Below the pieces are notes generated by a model. The model saw only the letters and a list, made by a program, of their open reading frames with translations. It was not told the DNA's origin and made no database searches. A stretch of 64,000 nucleotides of DNA from an uncultured Chloroflexia bacterium (GTDB lineage Bacteria; Chloroflexota; Limnocylindria; Limnocylindrales; CSP1-4). The first letter of the stretch is position 1, and each line of letters begins with the position of its first letter. The stretch lies in assembly GCA_963727005.1 (NCBI GenBank), contig CAVSEO010000003.1, positions 96,912 through 160,911 of the forward strand, given 5' to 3'. This document shows positions 10,341 through 21,099 of this stretch, piece by piece. The translations under genes and the position numbers were made by a program.

Positions 10341-10733
10341 ATGTTCGGTGAGTTCCGGGCGTTCCTGCTGAAGACGAACGCCCTCGCTCTGGCAGTCGGC
10401 GTCATCATCGGCGTCGCCCTCGGAGATGTCGTGCACTCGCTCGTGAACGACATCATCATGCCGCCGATCGGCGTGCTGCTCGGCAACGTCGACTTCGCGA
10501 ATCTCAAGATCGTCCTGAAGAGCGATGCAGATCCGCTCAAGGAGGTCGCGATCCGCTACGGGGCCTTCATCAACACGATCATCACGTTCGTCATCGTGGC
10601 CTTTGTCGTCTTCATGATCGCCCGGCTTCTCATCAAGGAACCGCCGCCGGCCGAGGTCAAGACCTGCACCTTCTGCAAGGAGCCGAACGCGCCCGACGCT
10701 ACCAAATGCAAGGCCTGCACCTCGACGATCTAG
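10341..10733 (+). CDS. mscL: Large-conductance mechanosensitive channel with C-terminal zinc ribbon
   Basis: EFRAF..N..LAVGVIIG, SLVNDIIMPPIG, YGAFIN; tail CTFC...CKACTS. Confidence 0.95.
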   Translation: MFGEFRAFLLKTNALALAVGVIIGVALGDVVHSLVNDIIMPPIGVLLGNVDFANLKIVLKSDADPLKEVAIRYGAFINTIITFVIVAFVVFMIARLLIKEPPPAEVKTCTFCKEPNAPDATKCKACTSTI

Positions 10734-10759
10734 GCGGCAGGGCCGCACCGCCGGGCGCA

Positions 10760-11110
10760 ACGAGCTGGGCGAACCTCGGCCGCGGAGCCAGGGCGTTCCG
10801 CCTTCTCCACGTCGCGTGGTCCGTGGTCAGCCTCGCGTGCCTGGGCTACATCTGGGCCTGCGCGGCGACGGGTCGCCGGGATCGGCGCCTGTGGGCGAGC
10901 GTCGCCTTCCTCTCGGTCGAAGGCGCCGGGCTCGCCATCGGCCATGGCGACTGCCCGGCCGGGCCGCTCCAGGCTCAGCTGGGTGACCCGGTTCCGCTCT
11001 TCGAGCTTGTCCTTCCGCCCCGCGCCGCGAAGGCGGCGGTCCCCGTCCTGGCCTGGGTCACGATCGCCGGCATCGCGATGGTGATCGTACGCAAGCCGCA
11101 TCTGGGGTAG
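10760..11110 (+). CDS. Small membrane protein (DUF2784-like), start uncertain
   Basis: Three hydrophobic segments, H in first helix, GDCP motif; no canonical start codon after the mscL stop. Confidence 0.5.
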   Translation, partial: TSWANLGRGARAFRLLHVAWSVVSLACLGYIWACAATGRRDRRLWASVAFLSVEGAGLAIGHGDCPAGPLQAQLGDPVPLFELVLPPRAAKAAVPVLAWVTIAGIAMVIVRKPHLG

Positions 11111-11137
11111 GTTCGGCAGCGGCCCCTATCAGTCGCC

Positions 11138-12134
11138 CTAGACGATCGCGACCGGGCGCTCGATTGCCGCATCGCTCCGGAAGCGGCGGTCGACCAGCGC
11201 TCGGATGATGTAGTTGAGTTGCAGCCCCGCTCCGTCGAACGACGGCGCGGATCCCGGCGGAACCAGCAGGTGTGCCTCGGCCGCCCCGCTCGCCAGGTCT
11301 GCCGGCGAAACGGGCACGGTGGCGATGATGCCTTCCGTGCCGTTGGGGGCGTTGGTCCGGCGGTGCAGCTCTATGCGCGCGCCCTGGCCCTGGGGCGCGG
11401 AGGGCCAGTAGACCCTCACGACCATCTCCTGTCCGGCCGGCGCCGGAAGCGGCGTGGCGACGTTGATCGTGGCGCCGCCGGAGGCCACGCTGTCGAGGAG
11501 ACTCATGCCGCCTTGCTTGCCGACGCCGGCCCGGATGAGATCCGGGTGCTGGGCCAGGGGCAGGTAGAGGGCGACCCAGTGGTCCGAGCCCATGGGGATG
11601 TCCCAGCGAACCTCGAGGGCCCAGGCGATGATCGACTCGCCCAGGTGGCTCGTCGGCGGACCGAGCTGCGGCGCAGGTACCGCGAAGGTCGACTCCCAGG
11701 TCTGGCCGGGCTGGAGGTTGGCCGGTACTCGCGGGTCGATGAACGCATCGGCCACGAAGAGCTTGCCGCTCGTCTCGACCCAGTGCTCCGTGTAGGAAAC
11801 GCTGCCGTCCGAGTCGCGGTGGTCTTCCGATCGCCTGACCTCGTCCAGGCGCAGGCCCGTGAGCCGGAGATACGCGTTGCGCGCCGCTATCTCCTGTCGT
11901 GGCCTGGATCTTGATCCTGCCGGTGATGCCTTCGCCGACTCGGGCGGGACGGTCCAGGACGATCTCGCCGATGACCGCGCCATCGGTCGGCCGCAGGAGC
12001 TCCTCGGCGGCCACCGTGTGGAGAGGATGGCTGCCTTCCGATCCGGCGAGTCGCGGCCCGTTGATCGCGTCGAACGGGGACGGTGCCGATCCGGTGTGAC
12101 CCCCCATGAGATTGAGACCGAACTTGGGCGCCAT
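11138..12134 (-). CDS. Hypothetical protein with tandem arrestin/SpoOM-like beta-sandwich domains (frameshift near 11898)
   Basis: GGAGG SD before MAPKFG; repeated C-terminal pattern F.VP....PT.....I.W.L.V..D and L.VP....PSF......Y.I.A.VD. Confidence 0.55.
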
Positions 12135-12344
12135 TGCGGGGACCTCCGATGACGGTGCGGGAGCTTCGCTATGACGGCGATCGTGAGTCGCATGGTAAGC
12201 CCCTCGGGGCGCGCCCGACTGCCCGTCCGGCCGCGCCCGACCCGCCCACCGGGTCGTTCTGCCGGGAGCGGCCCGCCCCTTGCGTATCGGGCGGATCATC
12301 GGGTCATCGCCCCATCCCCGGGGCGCAATTTGGGGTGCCGGACG

Positions 12345-13718
12345 TTGGATCGTTTCGACTTCGTTGTCATCGGCGCCGGAGCGGCCGGCGAGGCCGCGGC
12401 CCACGCCGCTCTCGAACGTGGCAAGAGCGTCGCTGTCGTCGACCGCGAGCTATTCGGTGGGTCGTGCTCCTTCTGGGCGTGCATCCCCTCCAAGTCGCTG
12501 CTTCACGCGGCGGCCGAGCATCGCTGTGGCACGTATCCGTGGCAACGTGCTTCCGACCGCCGAGACTACATGATCAACCGCGAGGGTCGCGACTGGCCCG
12601 ATGACTCCGGTCACGTGCGCGCACTCGAAGCGGCCGGGGCGACCTTGATCCGAGGCGAGGCCAGACTGGTCGGCCCGGGGGCGGTCGAGGTCCGGCGAAC
12701 CGGCACCGGCGCCGCCGAGCGCCTGCAGGCCGGCACCATCGTGATCGCTACGGGCTCTCATTCGACGATGCCGCCCATCCCGGGCCTTGCCGAGACGAAC
12801 CCCTGGACGAATCGCGAAGCCACCTCGACGCGGGAGCTGCCGCGCAGCCTCGTCGTACTGGGCGGCGGCGCGAGTGGCATCGAGCTCGCCTCGGTCTTCT
12901 CCCGCTTCGGAGTCGAGACGGCGTTGGTCCATTCCCACGACCGGCTCATGGAGCGGGATCATGCCCGCAACTCGGAGGCGATCGAGCGGATCCTGCGCGA
13001 CGACGGCGTCGAGCTTCGACTGGGAGCGCGGGCGACCCGCGTGAGACCGCGAGCCGGTGAGGGCGATGCCCACGTCGTCGAACTGAGCGACGGTGGGTAC
13101 GTCGAAGGCCGGCAGATCATGGTGGCTCTGGGCCGCTCCTTCGACCTGGACGGCCTGGGGCTCGAGGCGATCGGCGTGGACGCGAAGGGTCTGAGCCGCG
13201 ACGGCCGCCTTCGGATCGGCGACGGCGTCTTCCTGATCGGCGACCCGGCGGGACCCGAGCTGTTCACTCACGTCTCCCATTACCAGGGCGGCATGGCGGT
13301 TCGGATGGCTCTGGGCGAGAAGGTAGTGCCCGACTACCGGGCAATTCCACGCGCCATCTACATCGAGCCGGAGGTCGCGTCGGTGGGCGTGGACATCGGG
13401 CAGGCGAAGGCAGCCGGAGCGGACGCCTTCGAGCTCGTTGCCGACCTCGCGACGACCGCCCGAGGCTACTCGTTGGAGGCGGCGTTCGGGCATCTGGCGG
13501 TAGTCGTGGACCGGCCCTCGCAGACGATCCTGGGTGCGTCCGTAGTCGCCCCGGACGCGTCGGCGGCGATCCACGAAGTCGTTCTGGCCATCCAGGCGCG
13601 CATCCCGATCCCGGTGCTGGCGGGGATGCTCCACGCCTTCCCGTCGACCTCGCGAGCCTTCGACGGCCTCTACGCCGATGCCCTGAAGACGCTCCGCGGT
13701 GAGCCGTTGCCTGCGTGA
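12345..13718 (+). CDS. Class I pyridine nucleotide-disulfide oxidoreductase (Lpd/MerA-like)
   Basis: VIGAGAAG, GGSCSFWACIPSK redox disulfide, IATGS, LGGGASGIE, HAFPS. Confidence 0.9.
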   Translation: MDRFDFVVIGAGAAGEAAAHAALERGKSVAVVDRELFGGSCSFWACIPSKSLLHAAAEHRCGTYPWQRASDRRDYMINREGRDWPDDSGHVRALEAAGATLIRGEARLVGPGAVEVRRTGTGAAERLQAGTIVIATGSHSTMPPIPGLAETNPWTNREATSTRELPRSLVVLGGGASGIELASVFSRFGVETALVHSHDRLMERDHARNSEAIERILRDDGVELRLGARATRVRPRAGEGDAHVVELSDGGYVEGRQIMVALGRSFDLDGLGLEAIGVDAKGLSRDGRLRIGDGVFLIGDPAGPELFTHVSHYQGGMAVRMALGEKVVPDYRAIPRAIYIEPEVASVGVDIGQAKAAGADAFELVADLATTARGYSLEAAFGHLAVVVDRPSQTILGASVVAPDASAAIHEVVLAIQARIPIPVLAGMLHAFPSTSRAFDGLYADALKTLRGEPLPA

Positions 13719-13724
13719 CGCGGC

Positions 13725-13755
13725 ACGAGCCCCGGCCTGGCGGACCGGGGCTCGT
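13725..13755. terminator. Hairpin between convergent genes
   Basis: ACGAGCCCCGG-N9-CCGGGGCTCGT perfect 11-bp stem. Confidence 0.7.
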
Positions 13756-13772
13756 CATCGGCACACGCGAAG

Positions 13773-15203
13773 TCAGGCGGCCAGCTCGCCCTCCGGACCG
13801 AACGCGACCGACTCGGCCGGATCGGCGCGTCGCAGGCGAGCCACGGCCGGCGGAAGCGACAGCGCCACGGCCGCGCCGAGCATGACGACCGCGGCTCCGG
13901 CGAAGACCGCGGGGATCAGCCCGTTCACGTAGGTCTGGGGAGACGCGTAGGAGCCGTTGGCCGAGAAGATCGCGGCCAGGACCGCTACCCCGAAGACGCC
14001 GCCCAGCTCCCGGATGGTGTTGTTCGCGCCGGACGCCTTGCCCTCCTCCTCCCGCGGCACCGCGGAGAGGACCACGTTGGCGATCGGGGCGAAGAACAGT
14101 CCCATGCCGGCACCACTCACCACGAACGGGAGCACGAGCGAGGAGTAGGCGACGGTCGGAGACGTAATCGCCGCGACCCAGGCCAGGCCGATCGCCTGAA
14201 GGGCCAGGCCGGCGGCGAGGATGGGGCGGGCGCCGATCCGGCCCGAAGCCCACCCCGCGATCGGGGCAACCACGATAGGCGTCGCCGTCCAGGGCAGGAT
14301 CCGCAGTCCGGATTCGAGCGGGTTGAGGCCCTGGCAGAGCTGGAAGAACTGGGACAGCAGGAAGATCGAGCCGAACATCCCGAAGGACATCAGGAACGAG
14401 ACACCGTTGGCGATCACGGACGTACGGCGCCGGAAGAGGTGGAGGGGGAGCATGGGTTCGGCCGCGCGGGCCTCCCAGGCGATGAACGCGGCCAGGAACG
14501 CCACGCCGACGGCGATCGCGCCCAGGATCTGCCCGTCGGTCCAGCCGCGGCCGTTGCCGTGGGTCACGCCCCAAACGATCCCGACGAGACCCAGGCTTGC
14601 CAGTCCTACGCCGACCAGGTCGATCGACCGGCCGGGCACCTTGCTCTCGCTCAGGCGGAAGTAGGCCAGAACAATCGCCACGATGCCGATCGGGACGTTG
14701 ATCCAGAAGATCCAGTGCCAGGAGACGCCCTGCGTGATGGCGCCGCCGACGACCGGACCGACCGCGATGGCCAGGCCGGCGATGCCGCCCCATGCCCCCA
14801 GCACGAGGGGTCGCTTCTCCGCGGCGATCGAGTCGGAGAGGATCGTCAGCGTCAGGGGCATGGTGATGGCGCCGCCCACGCCCTGGAGAGCCCGGGCCAG
14901 GATCAGCGTCCCGGCGGACGGGGAGAGGGCCGCGCAGGCCGACCCGGCGGTGAAGATCGCCAGGCCGATGATGAACAGCCGCTTCCGGCCGAAGCGGTCG
15001 CCCAGCGCCGCGCCCATGAGGAGCAGCGCGGCGAAGGTCAGGGTGTAGGCGTTGACCGTCCATTCGAGGTCGCTCAAGGACGCCCCGAGGTCGCGCCGGA
15101 TGACCGGCAGGGCCATGGTCACGACCAGGTTGTCGAGGCTGACCATGAACAGGGCGATCGTCGTGATGGCGAATGTCCAGAGAGGTGAGGCTCTGCGAGT
15201 CAT
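13773..15203 (-). CDS. DHA2 (EmrB/QacA) MFS efflux transporter
   Basis: FMVSLDNLVV, WTVNAYTL, GDRFGRKR, ARALQGVG, GPVVGG, WIFWINVPIG; about 14 TM. Confidence 0.93.
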   Translation of the reverse strand: MTRRASPLWTFAITTIALFMVSLDNLVVTMALPVIRRDLGASLSDLEWTVNAYTLTFAALLLMGAALGDRFGRKRLFIIGLAIFTAGSACAALSPSAGTLILARALQGVGGAITMPLTLTILSDSIAAEKRPLVLGAWGGIAGLAIAVGPVVGGAITQGVSWHWIFWINVPIGIVAIVLAYFRLSESKVPGRSIDLVGVGLASLGLVGIVWGVTHGNGRGWTDGQILGAIAVGVAFLAAFIAWEARAAEPMLPLHLFRRRTSVIANGVSFLMSFGMFGSIFLLSQFFQLCQGLNPLESGLRILPWTATPIVVAPIAGWASGRIGARPILAAGLALQAIGLAWVAAITSPTVAYSSLVLPFVVSGAGMGLFFAPIANVVLSAVPREEEGKASGANNTIRELGGVFGVAVLAAIFSANGSYASPQTYVNGLIPAVFAGAAVVMLGAAVALSLPPAVARLRRADPAESVAFGPEGELAA

Positions 15204-15237
15204 GTGGTGCGGCTCCTTTCCGAGGTGGTTGTCGAGG

Positions 15238-15266
15238 TAACTAACTGAGTACTCACTAAGTTATGC
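15238..15266. promoter_or_regulatory. TetR operator upstream of the MFS gene
   Basis: TAACTAAC-TGAGTACTCA-CTAAGTTA palindrome; 15248-15266 is an exact inverted copy of 15853-15871. Confidence 0.75.
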
Positions 15267-15286
15267 GGGCAAAAAAGGGGGATGGC

Positions 15287-15850
15287 TCAGCAAAGCGTGG
15301 GCTCACCTCCGAGCAACGAACAGAGGAAGTCTTCGAAGGTCACGCCCTCGCCGATGATGGCCACGACGTTGATCAGCATTCCCTGGGCGAAGAAGCCCTG
15401 GACGGCCCGCTGATCGGCGGCCGAGAGATCGGTCACCGTCCGCCAGAGCCTCTGGTAGTTGGTCCTGACCACCGTTCGAATGTCATCGTCGACGCACGCC
15501 GCGTAGGCCTGGAGCTGGAGCTGAAGGACGGTGGGGTTGCCGATCAGGAGCTGGATGTAGGAGTGGCCCATCTCCTCGAGGGTCTTCGCCGGGTCGAGGC
15601 CGCGCTCGTGGGCGGATCTGCCGGCTTGCTCGAACGTCCGCTCCGTCCGGAGAAAGCAGTCGCGAACCGCGGCCAGGAACAACTCCTTCTTGGTGCCGAA
15701 GAGCTGGAAGAGGTAGGGCTGCGAGACGCCGGCCCGTCTGGCGATCGCATCGGTGGAGGTTCCCGCATAGCCGGTGGCGGCGAACTCGATCGCGGCGGCG
15801 GCGACCACTTCTTCGCGGCGTTCATCGGCTGTGAGGCGGCTCGGTGTCAT
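15287..15850 (-). CDS. TetR/AcrR regulator
   Basis: FAATGYAGTSTDAIARRAGVSQPYLFQLFGTKKELF. Confidence 0.95.
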   Translation of the reverse strand: MTPSRLTADERREEVVAAAAIEFAATGYAGTSTDAIARRAGVSQPYLFQLFGTKKELFLAAVRDCFLRTERTFEQAGRSAHERGLDPAKTLEEMGHSYIQLLIGNPTVLQLQLQAYAACVDDDIRTVVRTNYQRLWRTVTDLSAADQRAVQGFFAQGMLINVVAIIGEGVTFEDFLCSLLGGEPTLC

Positions 15851-15885
15851 GGGCATAACTTAGTGAGTACTAAGTAAGCTGTCAA
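15851..15885 (-). promoter_or_regulatory. Sigma70 promoter of tetR with overlapping operator, probably leaderless
   Basis: Minus strand TTGACA-N17-TAAGTT-N6-ATG. Confidence 0.75.
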
Positions 15886-15919
15886 GTGGCGCGCGGCGAG
15901 TGACGCGCGGCCTCCGCGG

Positions 15920-17049
15920 TCAGCGAGGCCCGAACCGGCGGGCGGCATAGTCCTCCAGCCGCGCCAGGGCTTCCGGCATGTTCGTCCGGCCGAAGCCGAT
16001 TCGGAAGCGGTTGGCCGTGTCGGCGAAGACCGTGCCCGGGAGGATCAGCACGCCCGGTCTCGCGGACGAGATCATCGGTGAAGCGGTCGATCGGCACGTC
16101 CGCGACCAGGCGCGGAAAGCCGATGCTGCCGCCCCGCGGCCGGACCCACTCGAAGATGCCCGTCCAGCGCTCGAAGAACGCGTCCAGGAGCGGCAGGTTG
16201 GCCGCGACGATGGCCCGGTTCCGGGCCAGCACCCGATCGCCGGCCCTGAGTGCGATCAGCGCCAGGACCTCGCTCGGGGCCGAGCTGCAGATCGTGGTGT
16301 AGTCCTTGAACGCGGCCAGCCGCTCCAGGAGAGCGCGGTCGCGGGTCGCCACCCAGCCGATACGAAGCCCGGCCAGGGCGAACGACTTGGACATGACGCC
16401 GATGCTCACACCGGTGGCCAACGCATCGGCGCCGGCCGGCAAACGATCGGCCGGATCGAATTCCAGGAAGCGGTAGACCTCATCGACGATCAGGCGCGCG
16501 CCGGACTCGGCCGCCAGCTCGACCAGCCGGTCGAAAGTCGCCCGATCGCTCAGCGCACCGGTTGGGTTGTGCGGCTCGTTGACCAGGATCAGGCGAGTGT
16601 TCGGGCGGAGCGCCGCTCGGACCTCCGAGACGTCCAGGCGCCAGCCGTCCTCGGCGCGCAGCTCCACGCGCGTGACCTCCGCGCCGGCGGCGCGGGCCAC
16701 TTCGGCCAGGGACTGGTACGCCGGCCGGACCACGATCGCGTGGTCGCCGGGGCCGAGAAGGACGTTGTGGAGGGCGAAGACCGCTTCCTCGGCGCCCGGC
16801 GAAGACCAGGACGTCGTCCGATGTCAGGTGCTCGTAGAGGCCGGCGATCGCCGCTCGCAACGCGGGGTCGCCGGGCGACTCGGTGTAGCCCAGCCGCAGC
16901 CCGTCCCAGCGCCGGCGCCCGTCCTCGTCGGCCAGCTCGAGCAGCTCGCGCATCGGCCAGCCCTCTACGTCCGAGGCGCACAGCAACAGCTCGGCGCTGA
17001 ACTCCCAGCGGGCGAAGAAACGCTCGAGGGCGAAATCCTGCAGGCGCAT
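15920..17049 (-). CDS. PLP-dependent aminotransferase class I/II (two frameshifts)
   Basis: FALERFF, LGYTESPG, NEPHNPTG, DEVYR, MSKSFALAGLRIGW, FRIGFGR. Confidence 0.9.
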
Positions 17050-17268
17050 GGACCCTCCGATCGTGCACTGCTCGGCCGAGGCCGCGGTGGCCGGACGGTG
17101 ACCGCCTCCGCCGGACCTACGGTACCGAATCCGGCACCACTCGACCGGCCAAAAAGCATTCGCGGGGAGGTCCGTTGGCCCTTGAGCGCCCGGCCGGCCC
17201 ATGCGGACCATCGGTAGTCGCAGTCCCGAGCAGCCCGGTCCTCGCCACCGCACCCGAGAGGTAGGCAC

Positions 17269-17737
17269 ATGACGACCCCGACCGCCGCCCCTTCTTCGAC
17301 TTCGATCCCGCGCCCCGCCATGGACCGCGCCGGCAAGACGGCGGTCGGCTTGCTGATCCTTCTCGGCGCCGGGGCACTGGGCGGAGGCATCTCCCTCGTC
17401 GCCAGGCCGGACGGCAGCGTCATGCAGTTCTCCGTGCGGTTGCTGGCCGGCAGCCCCTTCCCCGACTTCTTCATTCCCGGCCTGATCCTCGGGGGCCTGT
17501 TCGGCGTCGGGCTCGTTTGCCGTGGCGGTCATCGGGCTGCGGCGATGGAGGATCGCGCCATTCCTCGCCTTCGCGATCGGCTGCGGCCAGATGATCTGGA
17601 TCGCCGTGGAGCTGGCCATCATCAAGGAGCTGAGCGTGCTCCATCCGGCCTTCTTCGGCGTCGGGCTCGCGATTGCGGTCGCCTCGGCCTTCTGGGGCTG
17701 GCCTACGTTCGAGGCCTGGCGAAAGGCGAGGTCATAA
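17269..17737 (+). CDS. Membrane protein (frameshift near 17515)
   Basis: GALGGGISL..PDGS, SPFPDFFIPGLIL, WIAVE; four TM segments. Confidence 0.75.
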
Positions 17738-17751
17738 GGGTCAAACCCGGG

Positions 17752-17786
17752 TCCCGCGGGGCGCGTGCGCCGCGATCTCCGCGGGA
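17752..17786. terminator. Hairpin between convergent genes
   Basis: TCCCGCGG...CCGCGGGA stem. Confidence 0.45.
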
Positions 17787-17788
17787 GG

Positions 17789-18290
17789 CTACTTGACCTG
17801 GAGAGTCCCCTCGGCCTCGATCTTGCCGTCGTGTCTGAAGGTGAAGACGTAGACCCCCGGCGATAGTGGCCCGAGTGACGTCTGCTCGACATAGCATGAG
17901 AACCTGGCGTCCGTCGTCACGTTCTTGGTGCCCATCGAGACTCCGTTCCGAAGGATTTCGAGGGTGTACTCCTCATGCGCCTGGATGGTGTCGGTGAAGA
18001 GGGCGACCAGGAACACGTGATCGCCGGCAGAGACGGTCGTGACCGGCGAGCTGAACTGGCAGGTGGCGTCGGTCGTCGCGTAGGCGGTCGTCGAGAAGTA
18101 GACGTTGCCGACGGGGGAGCGCAACGCCATGACGACGATCACGCCGCGCGATGACGATGGCCGCTACCAGGATGACGAGGACGGCCAGCCACGCTCGACC
18201 GCGCGGGCTCGCCGGGGCGGCGCCGGGCGGCAACGAATCCAACTGTGGCCCCGGCTGACCCGGCGGCGACGGCTGGGATTGAGGATACAT
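17789..18290 (-). CDS. Membrane-anchored protein with extracellular beta-sandwich (frameshifted)
   Basis: Pro-rich N-terminus, single TM WLAVLVILVAAIVI, beta-rich C-terminus ending PGVYVFTF..DG...AEG. Confidence 0.6.
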
Positions 18291-18482
18291 TCGAGCCTCG
18301 ACTACGGCCTGCCGAGGATACCGCAGGGACGTGCCCGAACAAACCCGTTGGGCAAGGCCGGCCTGCGCTACCGGGCGATCTCTCGCGGCCGTCGGAATCG
18401 GCGGCGTGCTACGTTCCGAGCTAACGTGATCTCGGGCGACGACCGTAGCGCCGCCCGAGGCCTTCCATTTGGAGATCGAGCG

Positions 18483-19437
18483 ATGCGTCCCTTCTTCGGC
18501 TATCACATGCCCAACTACACCTTCGACGGGCGTCGCCGATGTGCGGCTCTTCGAAGGCGTCGTCGAGCGAGCCCAGGCGGCCGAGGCCGCCGGATTCGAC
18601 ATGGTCACCGTGATGGACCATTTCTATCAGATCGGGGTCGTGGGCCGGGAAGACGAGCCGATGCTGGAGGCATACACGACGCTCGGGGCCATAGCCGCCC
18701 GCACGGAGAAAGTGATGCTGGGCACGATGGTATCCGGCGTCACCTACCGCAACCCCGCGCTCCTGGCAAAGACCGTCACGACGCTGGACATCATCTCCAA
18801 GGGCCGAGCCGTCCTCGGCATCGGGGCCGCCTGGAACGATTCCGAGCATGCCGGATACGGCTTCGAATTCCCGCCGATCGCCCGCCGCGAGGACCGGCTC
18901 GAGGAGGCGCTGGCCATCTGCAAGGCCATGTTCACGGAGGAGCGGCCCAGCTTCGAGGGTTCCCACTACCGCATCGATCGGGCCCTGAACAGGCCCAGGC
19001 CAATCCGGCCGGGCGGTCCGAAGATCCTTGTCGGCGGAGGCGGTGAGAAGCGGACCCTCAAGGTCGCGGCCCGCTATGCGGACATCACCAACTGGTTCGG
19101 GACCCTGGCGGAGGCCGCGCCCAAGCTCGGAGTGCTGGACCGCCATTGCGACGCCATCGGGCGCGACCCGGCCGAGATCCTGCGCACCGTCGGCCTCTCC
19201 ATCGCGCTGGCGGAGAGTGAGAGCGACAAGGCCAAGGTGCTTGCGCAAATCCCGGCGGGGGTGCGGGCGATGGCGACGGCCGCCACGCTGGACGAGGCCG
19301 CGGAGATCGTTCGCGGCTACCTGGACGCCGGCTTCGGCGGCTTCATCTTCCGCAACACCATGATGCGCACGCCGGAGGCGGTTTCCCGGGCCGGCGAGTT
19401 GATCGAGTCGCTTCGGAAGGAAGGAGCCCCCGCATGA
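18483..19437 (+). CDS. LLM-class, probably F420-dependent oxidoreductase (frameshift near 18528)
   Basis: AEAAGFD.VTVMDHFYQI, EAYTTLGA, YRNPALLAK, GIGAAW, LVGGGGEKRTL. Confidence 0.9.
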
Positions 19438-19832
19438 GCGCGCCGGTCGACAAGGAGGAACTGCGGCGGCGGCTGACGCCGCTCCAGTACTCGGTGACGC
19501 AGGAGGCGGACACGGAGCGGCCCTTCAGCGGGGCCTACTGGGACAACCACGACGCCGGAGCGTACCGCTGCGTCGTCTGCGGCGAGGTCCTGTTCGACGC
19601 CGCCGCCAAGTACGACTCTCGGTCTGGCTGGCCGAGCTTCTACGACGTCCTGGACAAGGCCAAGGTCACCACCCGCCGCGACACCTCGCTCGGCATGGCT
19701 CGGACCGAGGTCCTGTGCGCCAACTGCGGCGCCCACCTGGGCCATCTCTTCGACGACGGCCCGCGCCCGACCGGCCTGCGCTATTGCATCAACTCCGCAT
19801 CGCTGGACTTCGAGAAGCGGGCAGGGGAGTAG
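19434..19832 (+). CDS. msrB: Peptide methionine (R)-sulfoxide reductase
   Basis: TERPFSG, CVVC, SGWPSF, RTEV.C..CGAHLGHLF, RYCINS. Confidence 0.97.
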   Translation: MSAPVDKEELRRRLTPLQYSVTQEADTERPFSGAYWDNHDAGAYRCVVCGEVLFDAAAKYDSRSGWPSFYDVLDKAKVTTRRDTSLGMARTEVLCANCGAHLGHLFDDGPRPTGLRYCINSASLDFEKRAGE

Positions 19833-19841
19833 CGGCGAGGA

Positions 19842-20977
19842 TCAGCGGGTCGTGACGACCACTTTGCTGACTCCGCCGCTGAGGTCGATCTCGTAGCGGT
19901 CGGGCGTCGTGTCCGCGCCCGGAGTCTGTATCGACAGGCGGCCGCTGGCCCTGTGTTTCTCGCCGTCGACGATGGCCTCGATTCACCCCGCCACGGAGCT
20001 CGAGCACAACCGCCACGCCCGTCGGACGCTCGATCTCGATGTTGTTCATGCCGCCCTCGATCCTGATCGGCACGACACCGGCCGGAGCGGGAAGGTCAGG
20101 TCGACTGGCTGGCGCCGCCACGCAGCTCGAACGATTCGAGACGCAGGGCTCGCGCATCGACGCTCAGACGCGACACTCCGCCGCGCAGCTCGATGGCCCA
20201 CGGCACGCTCGGGTTGAGGGCGATCTCGCCGCGGTCCTTGCGCCAGTGGGCCGAGACGTCGATGTGACTGGCCGGCGACCTGGGCGCGCCAGTCGAACCA
20301 GCCGAAGCGCGGGTAGCGCACCGTGACCACGCCGTCGCGGACGCGCATCCGCGGCACCGGACCGTCGAATCGCGCTCGGTACAGCTCCGTGAGAGTGGCG
20401 ATCGCCGCGGACGGTGATCCTGGGTGCGCCGGAAATGAAGACGAGACGGCCGCTGATGACTCCGCCAAGCGGCGCCGCGTAGCTGCCGCCCGCTCCTGCT
20501 TCCTCGCTGGGCGCGCGCATCTTCGCCGTCTCCCGGCGCGCGACCTCGGTGCTGCGGTCCAGGAAGTCGACCAGGATCTGCAGCTGGGCGTCGTCGTAGC
20601 GGGCGATCGACGTCCATCTGGGCCCGTGCGATCGAGGCGTGAAGAGCCGCCAGCTTGACGTCAAGGCCCGGCACCGGCTCGACGAGGACGCGCCGCCGGT
20701 CGGTCGGATCGGGTGCCCGCCGCACGTAGCCGGCCTGCTCCAGCGGTCGACCATCCGCGTCGCCGAGCCGGTGGTGAGTCCGGTCAGCTCGGCCAGCCGT
20801 CCGACCGTCAGCCGAGCCTTCGTCGTTGAGGATCTCGAGGCACTCGACGTCCGTCCCGGCCAGCCCGAGCCGCTCGGCGACCGCCTGGCTGAAGAGCGCT
20901 GCCTGAGCGGCTCTCCTTGCGGATGGCGCGCAGGACCGCGGCCATCAGTTCGCTTCTCGGATCACGTCGCTTGACAT
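19842..20977 (-). CDS. MarR regulator fused to a C-terminal beta-strand repeat (DUF4097/LiaF-like) domain, several frameshifts
   Basis: LAELTGLTTGSATRMVDR, RRAPDPTDRRRVLVE; then RLVFISG, VPWAIELRGGVS, FELRGGAS, IRIEGG, LELRGGV, YEIDLSGGVS. Confidence 0.75.
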
Positions 20978-20997
20978 CGTTCGTCTGCCCTGGCTAT

Positions 20998-21099
20998 TCT
21001 CTGCACTGCGCAGAGACATTATAGCGCAGCAAATCGCCAGAGCAAGCCCGACGTCGCAGAGCCGCGGCGCGAGCAGCTTGACTCTCACCTGCCAGAGAG
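20998..21099. promoter_or_regulatory. Divergent marR / ABC promoter region with two related palindromes
   Basis: TCTCTGC-N5-GCAGAGA (20998-21016) just downstream of minus-strand TTGCTC-N16-TATAAT; CTCTC-N8-GAGAG (21082-21099) overlapping plus-strand TTGACT. Confidence 0.65.

Noticed and set aside
9455-19832. Selenocysteine in MsrA or MsrB
   Set aside because: Both catalytic positions are ordinary Cys codons (GCFWG, RYCINS).
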